Shown: piece by piece, positions 10,389 to 18,379 of the stretch | Position numbering within the stretch: position 1 is the first letter of the stretch | How the letters are laid out: each line of letters begins with the position of its first letter | From: Bacteroidota bacterium | GTDB lineage: Bacteria > Bacteroidota > Bacteroidia > JABDFU01 | Assembly: GCA_013286385.1 (NCBI GenBank) | Contig: JABDFU010000004.1 | Span: 3,025 to 67,024, forward strand | Length of the DNA: 64,000 nucleotides | Reading direction: 5' to 3' | Made by a program: the position numbers and the translations under genes | Notes under the pieces: model-generated | Told to the model about the DNA's origin: nothing | Databases searched by the model: none | The model's input: only the letters and a program-made list of their open reading frames with translations

Positions 10389-10430
10389 TATTTTTGCTGT
10401 CCCGACCTCAAAATCGGACGTTCTTTGACC
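10389..10430 (+). promoter_or_regulatory. Bacteroidota -7 promoter element, hairpin and boxA-like antitermination motif (also in copies 2 and 3)
   Basis: TATTTTTG (TAnnTTTG, same as before tRNA-Asp at 49857-49864), GTCC(C)GA-CCTCAAAA-TCGGAC stem-loop, GTTCTTTGAC. Confidence 0.6.
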
Positions 10431-10647
10431 CAAACTTTCTTTTAATTTCTTTCAAACCTGCACCCCCATCAGCACAAAACTGGAGTGCTATAGCTGGAGT
10501 GCTGGAGTGCTATAGTCATGTAGCCAAATGCTGCCAAATGTGCCATTTTGCACGAAAACACAGCAACCAGGCTCCGAAGGATTTGAAGAAATCACAGTAC
10601 CAAGAACCTCTGAACGCATTGATTAACAGCAAGTTCAGACAAAATAA

Positions 10648-10690
10648 GCGGAAGTAGCTCAGTTGGTAGAGCGTAACCTTGCCAAGGTTA
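10648..10690 (+). pseudogene. tRNA-Gly(GCC) 5' fragment (43 nt, through the anticodon stem)
   Basis: GCGGAAGTAGCTCAGTTGGTAGAGCGTAACCTTGCCAAGGTTA with D arm and TAACC/GGTTA anticodon stem; no T arm follows. Confidence 0.9.
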
Positions 10691-10848
10691 GTCTCTGGAA
10701 AAGTGGCGTGCTGGGTCAAAGCCAATAAAATCAATAAGTTTACTGAATTAGGGTTAAGGTCGGAAAGGACTGGAGTGCTGTGCTGGCGTGCTGGCGGAGT
10801 GCTGAGGGGGCAGGAGTGGAGTGCTGAGTAATTTAAACAAACTCATAG

Positions 10849-11235
10849 TCATCTTTCGCCATTACCACAAACGGGGTGAGTGGTATGCGGTTCGCTGTTA
10901 ATCTCAACATTTTTGACTGCCTCACCCTCAAGTGCTATTGTTTCTCTTAGAAATGTGCTTTCAGTAATGGAATAGTTCAAAGCAAAATAATATTTCGCAC
11001 CCCAAGAATAATAAACTTTCTTGAATTCCTTTGCCTTCCCATTCCTGACAATGATGTACCGTTCAATCTTTTTGTTTCCTTCAATTGATTTTTCAATCGT
11101 AATTCCTGCAGGGTATTTTTTTGCTAAAGTGTTCAGGTATATGGAGTCTCTGGTGTTTTGCGGTGATGTCTGCCCAAACCCAGCCACCGAAAACCCTACA
11201 AACGCCAATAATATCAGTAGATGCGTAGTTTTCAA
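10849..11235 (-). CDS. Small secreted protein homologous to the C-terminal domain of the 24300-26531 protein
   Basis: Likely TTG start giving signal peptide MKTTHLLILLAFVGFSVAGFG; KYPAGITIEK...WG..YF...ITE motif. Confidence 0.7.
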   Translation of the reverse strand: MKTTHLLILLAFVGFSVAGFGQTSPQNTRDSIYLNTLAKKYPAGITIEKSIEGNKKIERYIIVRNGKAKEFKKVYYSWGAKYYFALNYSITESTFLRETIALEGEAVKNVEINSEPHTTHPVCGNGER

Positions 11236-11249
11236 TATGTAAATCCGTT

Positions 11250-11918
11250 TCAACATCCAAAGAAGATTGGCATCACGTAGTTTATTGAAACGATTAGCAA
11301 TGCAATAATAATTACGCCAGCTATAATTCTGCTTAGAATGATTGAGCACTTGCGAAATATTTTAGTAATCAATAGGCTCAGCAAAATCCAAACGATATAA
11401 AAGATAACGATTAAAATTCCCAAGACAAGTTCCATTGCGGTGTCTTTGGAGTTAAAAGACCTTCCAGTATGGCGATTTAGGACAAGTATCTTTTCTGGTT
11501 GCTCGTTTGTAAAGGCAATCCTAAGTTCAATCTGTTGGTTTGAGTTTATAATGTTCTGTGAAATTGGTTCTATAACCTCAATGTTTCTACTGAAATGTTC
11601 AAGCCCAAAATCTATTGTATCTCTTGTGGACACAAATTTTGCCCTGATTGATTTAATAAATATTTCATTCTTACAGCGAAGTCCGTGGTATTTGTCAAAA
11701 TAATCTCTGTCATTGGTGCTGTCGTGCTGAAGTCCTACTATTGAAAAGTTTCCATGCGAGGGATAATATGAACACCTGAGCATATATCCACAATACCTGT
11801 TAAATCCGTTTGAATTGTTGCTGTTATCCTGATATGTCGTACAAAGAGGAGCAGAAAAATACATAAAAGCTCCAATAATAATAATTAAGGCAACTAATCC
11901 GAGAAGTAGTTTTTTCAT
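11250..11918 (-). CDS. Hypothetical membrane protein (N-terminal anchor, two C-terminal TM helices)
   Basis: MKKLLLGLVALIIIIGAF start; two hydrophobic C-terminal segments. Confidence 0.65.
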   Translation of the reverse strand: MKKLLLGLVALIIIIGAFMYFSAPLCTTYQDNSNNSNGFNRYCGYMLRCSYYPSHGNFSIVGLQHDSTNDRDYFDKYHGLRCKNEIFIKSIRAKFVSTRDTIDFGLEHFSRNIEVIEPISQNIINSNQQIELRIAFTNEQPEKILVLNRHTGRSFNSKDTAMELVLGILIVIFYIVWILLSLLITKIFRKCSIILSRIIAGVIIIALLIVSINYVMPIFFGC

Positions 11919-12069
11919 TAGCCCTAAAGTTAAACCAATTTCAGCGTATTTCAATTGGAATGGAACTGCATCTCATTCCGTGACCGAAAGCAACTCCTGG
12001 CTCAAATCTGGCAGGAAAACGCTGGTAATATTCTTAGACAAGGGGTGTTTGTCGGAGGAAGGGCAGTCA

Positions 12070-13065
12070 CTACTTCTCTTTCCGCTTTATTTCCGCCTCA
12101 ATCAGAGCACGGTCTTTGTTCAACTCTGCTTTCAGTTCCTTTTCGCTTGGCAGATAAAGTTTATACCGAGAAGAAAACATTTGTTTGTTTTCCTTCAATA
12201 CGGAATACTTAATCACGGACTCATTCTGCTCCGAACACAATATTAATCCTATGGTTGGATTATCGCCTGGCTGTTTAAATTTCTCCTCATACATCCGCAC
12301 GTACATATCCATTTGTCCAACGTCTTGATGAGCAAGCTTGCCGACTTTTAAATCAATCAGAACAAAGCATTTCAGGATATAGTTGTAGAATACCAGGTCA
12401 ATGTAATAATGTTCAGTGTCCGCATCAATGTGTTGCTGACGGCTTACAAAGGAAAAGCCTTTGCCCAGCTCCAGCAGGAAGTGTTGTATGTTATTGAGCA
12501 GTGCCTGTTCCAGTTCGCTTTCATATAAATGCTCGCTTGGTTTTATCTGTAGGAATTCTAACACATACGGCTCTTTTATAAAATCGGTAATGTGCGGAGC
12601 AAGAGCCTTCGTTTTTTGTTTGGCTTCTTTTTGAACAGCTTTTTTGTTTTTACTGCTTAAAATTCGTTCGTAATAAAAACTGTTTATCTGCCTTTCTAAG
12701 CCACGTACACCCCAGTTCTGTTCCACGGCTTCTTTAATGTAGTAAGCCCGTGCGTCAGGATTTTCAACACGCATCAGCAATTTATATTGCGACCAGGATA
12801 ATTCTCTCCACACCGTGGAGAGAATTTGAGCTTCCGAATCAGATTTACGGATGCGTGCATTTTTTCCTCTGGTTAAAACAGTCAAATTATCAACGGCTTC
12901 CTTGTTATTGGAAACTCTCCACACTGTAGAGAGAATTGGGAAGGTGTTGTAAAATTGTCGCATATTCCAAAGGCTCTGCACACTATAACCGCCTTTAAAT
13001 TCCTTGTTCAATCTGTCTGATAAGTCCTGCAATACTGCCTTCCCGTATTCTGCCTTCTTTTTGCC
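12070..13065 (-). pseudogene. yhcG: YhcG/DUF1016 PD-(D/E)xK nuclease-domain protein, N-terminus missing
   Basis: LSWSQYKLL, FIKEPYVLEFL, FLLELGKGFSF, IDLVFYN, IDLK, GQMDMYV, PTIGLILC motifs. Homology starts at GKKKAEYGKAVLQDLS with no start codon upstream before an in-frame stop. Confidence 0.8.
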
Positions 13066-13263
13066 AATATTTACTCTCTGGTACGGGAATTCTTTGCATT
13101 TTACCGAGAATTGATTTTTTAAGTCCTAGAGCCTCCAAGCCCAAATCCTTCAGAGGCTCCAGACCCCTTCAGTTGCTTGAATTGGGTTTGGGTATCTTTG
13201 GGGATTTTGTTGGTAGGAGGAATTGGGGATTTTACCTAAATTAGCATATAGGCAGCCTGCACC

Positions 13264-15279
13264 ATGAAAAGGATTTTACTTTCTGTATTTTTGTTTGTTT
13301 CGTGTATGACTGATGCACAATGGGTGCAGACGAGTGGCCCAAGTGGATTGGATGGAACAGCTTACTGCCTTCTCATTGATGGAAGTAATATTTTTGTAGG
13401 AACCCTAAATGGTGGCGTTTTTCTTTCCTCAAATAACGGAAACAGTTGGAATGGTGTCAATTCGGGAATAACAAGTCTTTACGTTAATGCTTTGGCTGTA
13501 AAAGGTGATACTTTGTTTGCAGCCACTGAAGGTGGCGGGGTTTTTATGTCCACCAATAATGGTGTCAAATGGTTGTCCTCAAATTCAGGCTTAACAAATC
13601 CTAATGTATCTGCATTGTTGGTTGACGGGAATAATATTTTTGCTGGAACTATCAATAGTGGTGTTTTTCTCTCAACAAATAACGGTTCAAGCTGGTCTTC
13701 TATCGGATTGGATACGCTTCAAGTCAATGCTATTGCGGTGAATGGTAACAATTTATTTGTGGCTACGGATGAAGTATCTAAAAGGACAGGAGTGTTCAAA
13801 TCAAGCGATAATGGTATAACCTGGATAAATATTGGATTTACCAACACCTCTGTTAACACCCTAGCTATAAGTGGAAGTAGCTTATTTGCAGGAACTGATT
13901 CAGGAGTTTTTGTTTCTACGAATAATGGCTCAAATTGGAATTCGGTTGGGTTAGATACCCTAATAATATGGGATTTAACATTTAACGGTAGTAATTTATT
14001 TGCAGGAACAAAATACGGGGCTTTCTTATCCACAAATAATGGGACGAACTGGACATCTGTTGGTGGTGGACTTCCACATTCATATATTTTTTCAATAGTG
14101 AATAATGGGGCAAATCTATTTGCAGGCGGTGATGAAGGAGTTTTTCAATCAACCAATGGTGGCTTCAACTGGATTCCAACAAATTCAGAACCTGCTAATA
14201 CCACTGTCTTTTCTTTTGCATCTATCGGGAGCAATATATTTGCGGGGGCAGATTATGGCGGGCTTTTTCTCTCCACTGACAATGGCACGAATTGGTTATC
14301 TGCTGGATTAGATACTTTGGTAAGTGGTTCCTTGACAGTTAATGGAAGCACCCTGTTTGCTGGAACAAGTAATGGTGTTTATTATTCTACAAACAATGGT
14401 ACTGCTTGGTTATCCGCTGGATTTGATACTTTGGGGGTTTCTGTTTCAAACATTGGCGATAATCTTTTTGTTGGAACTGATTATGGCATTTATTTGTCAA
14501 CTAATAATGGCTTGAATTGGACTGGAATAAATTCAGGATTACCAATGGGCGGAGCATTTCTTTTCCCAGCATTTGGTGATAGCCTATTCGCAACGGTTGC
14601 TAACGGTCTTTATCTCACTACTAACAATGGTACAAATTGGAACATCATTACAGGTAATCTCTGGGCAAATGGTCAAATTAGTGCAATGGCGATAATAGAT
14701 AGTAATTTGTTTGTTGGGATTATAGGATTAATTGGTGGTGTTTTTCGTACCTCGGATAAGGGTTCGTCCTGGATAGAAATGAACTCAGGACGTTATGGAC
14801 ATGATATTATTAATTCTTTTGCTGTGAGCGGAATAAATTTGTTTGCTGGTACTGAAGCTGGTGGAGTTTTTGTAACGACAAACTATGGTTCCAATTGGAC
14901 AGCTATCAATTCAGGTCTTTTTAATCTGAATGTTACAAAATTGGGAATTAACAGTGGCAATATATTCGCAGGAACAAATGGTGATGGCATATTCATTGCA
15001 CCTGTTTCTTCCTTTTTAACTGGAATTACAGAAATAAAATCCCAGCCTTCCCAATTTACTATCTTCCCAAATCCAACCAATTCCTCCTTCACAATCAAAT
15101 CCTCTTCCACCGAAAAACAGCTCCTTCAGGTATTTGATATTACAGGCAAATTAATTTTCACGGAAACAATTTTCGGAACGGCTACCATTGATGCCAACAA
15201 TTTCGCCCAGGGAGTCTACAATCTTTCCGTTTCAAGCGAACACGGAAATGAGAACAAAAAGTTGGTTATAGTCAGGTAA
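13264..15279 (+). CDS. T9SS type-A cargo, Asp-box/BNR beta-propeller protein
   Basis: Signal peptide; many SxNNGxxW Asp-box repeats; CTD IFPNPTN...FDITGKL...QGVYNL...KKLVIVR. Confidence 0.9.
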   Translation: MKRILLSVFLFVSCMTDAQWVQTSGPSGLDGTAYCLLIDGSNIFVGTLNGGVFLSSNNGNSWNGVNSGITSLYVNALAVKGDTLFAATEGGGVFMSTNNGVKWLSSNSGLTNPNVSALLVDGNNIFAGTINSGVFLSTNNGSSWSSIGLDTLQVNAIAVNGNNLFVATDEVSKRTGVFKSSDNGITWINIGFTNTSVNTLAISGSSLFAGTDSGVFVSTNNGSNWNSVGLDTLIIWDLTFNGSNLFAGTKYGAFLSTNNGTNWTSVGGGLPHSYIFSIVNNGANLFAGGDEGVFQSTNGGFNWIPTNSEPANTTVFSFASIGSNIFAGADYGGLFLSTDNGTNWLSAGLDTLVSGSLTVNGSTLFAGTSNGVYYSTNNGTAWLSAGFDTLGVSVSNIGDNLFVGTDYGIYLSTNNGLNWTGINSGLPMGGAFLFPAFGDSLFATVANGLYLTTNNGTNWNIITGNLWANGQISAMAIIDSNLFVGIIGLIGGVFRTSDKGSSWIEMNSGRYGHDIINSFAVSGINLFAGTEAGGVFVTTNYGSNWTAINSGLFNLNVTKLGINSGNIFAGTNGDGIFIAPVSSFLTGITEIKSQPSQFTIFPNPTNSSFTIKSSSTEKQLLQVFDITGKLIFTETIFGTATIDANNFAQGVYNLSVSSEHGNENKKLVIVR

Positions 15280-15579
15280 AATCCTGAAAATTTCCCGTCT
15301 CAAACTCATTTCCTCAATTTTTTCAATGTTTCCCACCGTCATTTCCCAAAAAATCCTATTTTTGCTGTCCCGACCTCAAAATCGGACGTTCTTTGACCCC
15401 AATTTCTTTCAAACCCACAGCCCGTCAGCACAAAACTGGAGTGCTATAGCTGGAGTGCTATAGCCATGCTGCCAAATGCTGCGAAATGTGCCATTTTGCA
15501 CAAAAACACAGCACTACAGAAACGGTAGAAATTGAAGAAATCACAGTACCAATAACCTCTGAACTGATTGAATAGCGGA
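15274..15579 (+). repeat. Repeat module copy 2 (diverged, tRNA part lost)
   Basis: 57-bp core at 15342-15398; CTGGAGTGCT at 15436 and 15450; TTGAAGAAATCACAGTACCAA...CCTCTGAAC shared; ends in ATAGCGGA, possibly the first tRNA bases. Confidence 0.9.
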
Positions 15580-15726
15580 CTATGCTGCCGTTTTGTGACG
15601 AGCTTTCTTTTTCCTATTAAGTTTATATTCTTTAATCAATTCGCTGATTTCCTTTGCTTCCTTATCTGTCAGACGTGTTGGTTTTACAACGAGGTCTGGT
15701 TCAGTTGATTTTCTTTGCAGTCTCAT
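15580..15726 (-). CDS. Small basic protein (48 aa), putative partner of the upstream GNAT-like gene
   Basis: Manual translation MRLQRKSTEPDLVVKPTRLTDKEAKEISELIKEYKLNRKKKARHKTAA*; starts 4 nt after the upstream stop. Confidence 0.6.
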   Translation of the reverse strand: MRLQRKSTEPDLVVKPTRLTDKEAKEISELIKEYKLNRKKKARHKTAA

Positions 15727-15730
15727 AGCT

Positions 15731-16240
15731 TTACTTTTTAAAATATTGGTTGATTAATTTTAGTGATGTTTTATCGCTGATAACCATTCTTTGTCCACCT
15801 AATGACTCTGCTCCAAGTGCCTTTTGATAATAACCGATGAGTGCTGTCTTGGCTTCAAATACAACAAAACCTTCCAAGCCAGCTTCCAATGAACGCTTAC
15901 AGGCATAGGCAAACAAATTTCCTCCCACTCCTTCATATAGTTTCCCACTTCCACGATTAAATTTCGCATTTTCAACAACGTTAATAAACACAAAACCATT
16001 ATCAAACCTAAAAGAGATAAGCCCCTGAATTATAGTCGGGTTGTCCTTAATGGTCATCTTATACACTTCATTTCTTGCGACAGCTAATTCACTTTGCCAG
16101 TTGAAAATCCAATCCTTTCTTTTTATTTCTTTATTTGAAACCTTTTGGAACTCGATTACAAGGATATCCCCCGAAATAGTATTAACTATTGAGTTTGTTA
16201 ACCTATCAATTTCTATATCAATACCTGCTTTTCTTGCCAT
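15731..16240 (-). CDS. GNAT-fold-like hypothetical protein
   Basis: Acetyl-CoA-binding-like segment YEGVGGNLFAYAC...G.EGFV.FEAKT.LI.YY...LGA; own promoter TAAATTAG at 16257-16250. Confidence 0.6.
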   Translation of the reverse strand: MARKAGIDIEIDRLTNSIVNTISGDILVIEFQKVSNKEIKRKDWIFNWQSELAVARNEVYKMTIKDNPTIIQGLISFRFDNGFVFINVVENAKFNRGSGKLYEGVGGNLFAYACKRSLEAGLEGFVVFEAKTALIGYYQKALGAESLGGQRMVISDKTSLKLINQYFKK

Positions 16241-16288
16241 TTTGCAAGGCTAATTTACGCAAAATAAGCCGTTTTCCCCAGTAGTTTC

Positions 16289-16306
16289 CGTCCGTATATA
16301 CGGACG
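16289..16306. promoter_or_regulatory. Perfect 18-bp palindrome, possible operator
   Basis: CGTCCGTATATACGGACG, upstream of the GNAT-like gene promoter. Confidence 0.45.
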
Positions 16307-16465
16307 TTTTGTTTCAATTCCACGTAACCGACCGTAGTCTGAAGAGAGCCTGCCATTCCGTTTCAGGCACTTCAGTCTTTTTTTGTCTTTTGAAGGTTTT
16401 GGAATGTGGGCTGAAAACCAATTTTCAGCACTCCTGTTTCAAAAGAAACAGTAACAAGGCTCAAT

Positions 16466-16878
16466 TTAAAGAAGTCCTGTTCCCAATCCAATTGCAAGAA
16501 GTGTAATCATCACTGTGACTATCCATTGAACAAAGTCAATTGTGATTTTTTTTAGGAGCTTACTGCCTATGTATGCTCCTGCAAACGCAGAGCCAATTGC
16601 AGCCAATAGGATTTTTAAATTGTCCTGAATATTGATGTTGGACAAACGACTGAAATAAACGGAAAGTCTTGTGAGGTCAACTACACAGGCAATGAATATT
16701 CCTGTTGCGATGAAGCTTTCCTTCGTCAATCCGCAACGGAGAAGAAACATACTTCTCAATGCTCCTTGATTCCCTGATAATCCGCCAAAAAAACCACTGA
16801 TGAGACCACCAGCATATAATTTATTTTCGTCAAACTGAATTTTCTTTAAAGCAGGAACAGTTTCAAATAATGCAAACA
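16466..16878 (-). pseudogene. TauE/SafE (TSUP) transporter, C-terminal half only
   Basis: GGLISGFFGGLSGNQGALRS and FIATG motifs; cut off at the IS-like end at 16879. Confidence 0.75.
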
Positions 16879-16955
16879 CATTAGTGTCCGGTTAAAATAG
16901 TAATAAGTTCTTTGAAAATATTGATAGACAAGGGTTGCAGAGAGTTTTAGCGGTC
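16879..16955 (+). mobile_element. Probable IS terminal remnant (IS4-family-like inverted repeat), no transposase
   Basis: CATTAGTGTCCGGTTAAAATA begins exactly where the TauE gene is cut; resembles IS4-family ends as I recall them (unverified). Confidence 0.45.
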
Positions 16956-17129
16956 AGGAGTGGAGATAATTTTATAAAGTCAGCCAAATTTGAAATAAGT
17001 ATATCTGAAACAGATAAGCCAAAGAAATTATTCAGATGTGTCGCTATTCTTGAAGATAAAGACGGAAAAATCTACAGGAGCAAAATCCACACTGATTCTT
17101 CTTTGGAAAAGAAAATTAAAGTGTTTTGA
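16956..17129 (+). pseudogene. 3' fragment of an unknown gene
   Basis: Open frame ...DNFIKSAKFEISISE...KIKVF* whose stop abuts the next ATG; 5' part replaced by the IS-like sequence. Confidence 0.35.
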
Positions 17130-17291
17130 ATGAAACCCAACGCCCTCTGGCATTCCAAAAACAAAATGCCCAAGAACGCCACTACCCAGCAGCGGATTAA
17201 ATGGCATCTTGCTCATCAGAGGAACTGTGGCTGCAGGGAGATTCCTGAGAAATTGAAAGAGGAGATTAAAAAACGGGAAACAAAGAATTGA
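17130..17291 (+). CDS. Small His/Cys-containing protein (53 aa)
   Basis: Manual translation MKPNALWHSKNKMPKNATTQQRIKWHLAHQRNCGCREIPEKLKEEIKKRETKN*; tightly coupled to both neighbours. Confidence 0.7.
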   Translation: MKPNALWHSKNKMPKNATTQQRIKWHLAHQRNCGCREIPEKLKEEIKKRETKN

Positions 17292-17947
17292 AATTGCAGG
17301 TAAATATGACGTACAGGCTTAGAACAGTATCCGTGGTAAAATTCTTAATTTTCGGAATTGGTGGCTCAATAATTTTAATGGCTGGTACTACCGCTTTTGG
17401 TTATCATCATTTCAGTAGAACTGTAGTTGAATGTCTTACGATGATTGCTTTTGCTTCAGCAATTCTTCTCTCTCACTTCCTTGCCTCAGCCGAGATGGAC
17501 GTTACAATCACTGAAACATCTGTCAGTTGGGATAACAAGACAGTTTTATTTGATGATATTATTGGATATTCTGTAAACAGGAGCATCTTTATAACAGCGT
17601 TTGCAATAAAACTCAAATCAAACAAGGTTGTAAGCATTAACGCCTTTGATTTTGGAAAATTCAAGGAAACCTTTCGGGAATTTACAGATGAATTAATAAG
17701 AGCAATTAAAGCAAAATCAATTAATGCAGAAAAAATGATTTATAGTGAAATGTATAATAGGAATTTGAAGTTCCGCATTAAATGGCATTACTATGTAGAC
17801 ATCCCAATTGTTATCGTTGTTAACTTGGGTTTTCTCTATTTTAAAATAATAAAAAATGTTCCTCTTGAATGGTACAAGCTATTCTTTTTGAACGTTTTAT
17901 TTTTGAGCACTTTTAAATATTTGCAGGTACGGAAGAAGAAGGAATAG
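17288..17947 (+). CDS. Hypothetical 4-TM membrane protein
   Basis: Two N-terminal and two C-terminal hydrophobic helices around a soluble PH-like segment. Confidence 0.65.
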   Translation: MKLQVNMTYRLRTVSVVKFLIFGIGGSIILMAGTTAFGYHHFSRTVVECLTMIAFASAILLSHFLASAEMDVTITETSVSWDNKTVLFDDIIGYSVNRSIFITAFAIKLKSNKVVSINAFDFGKFKETFREFTDELIRAIKAKSINAEKMIYSEMYNRNLKFRIKWHYYVDIPIVIVVNLGFLYFKIIKNVPLEWYKLFFLNVLFLSTFKYLQVRKKKE

Positions 17948-17955
17948 AATTATTG

Positions 17956-18379
17956 AGGTAAAATCCTGCCGACAAAACACACATTCCCTTAACCTGAGCC
18001 GAGTTATGCTCCCGAACATGGTACAATCCACCCCAAATCCCATCCCCTCCCAACTTTTCCCCCATTTTCCTCCATACTTTCCCAAAAAATCCTATTTTTG
18101 CTGTCCCGACCTCAAAATCGGACGTTCTTTGACCATCATTTTCTTCTTTTTTTGAGCACCGCTGTAGTGCTATAGCTGGAGTGCTGTAGTGCTATAGCAA
18201 TGCTGCCAAATGTGCCCAAATGTGCCCTTTTGCACGAAAACACAGCAACCAGGCTCCGAAGGATTTGAAGAAATCACAGTACCAAGAACCTCTGAACGCA
18301 TTGATTAACAGCAAGTTCAGACAAAATAAGCGGAAGTAGCTCAGTTGGTAGAGCGTAACCTTGCCAAGGTTAAGGTCGG
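17956..18379 (+). repeat. Repeat module copy 3
   Basis: Aligns to copy 1 from AAATCC through the tRNA fragment; CTG(G/T)AGTGCT at 18162, 18176 and 18184. Confidence 0.95.

Larger units (their letters stand above)
10257..10826 (+). repeat. Repeat module copy 1 (promoter/boxA, CTGGAGTGCT repeats, tRNA-Gly 5' half, right-hand repeat arm)
   Basis: 10374-10430 is identical (57 bp) to 15342-15398 and 18078-18134; 10546-10690 is identical (145 bp) to 18228-18372. Confidence 0.95.

Noticed and set aside
10236-10734. Short ORFs over module copy 1 (and 17897-18085 over copy 3)
   Set aside because: They overlap the non-coding module and tRNA fragment; indels between copies break the frames.
10648-10780. 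Intron-containing tRNA-Gly
   Set aside because: Removing the 66-bp segment gives AAGGTCGGAAAGGAC, with no T loop or acceptor 3' strand.
16955-16965. CAGGAGTGGAG match to 10811-10821
   Set aside because: A single 11-bp match lacking the GTGCT core; could be chance.
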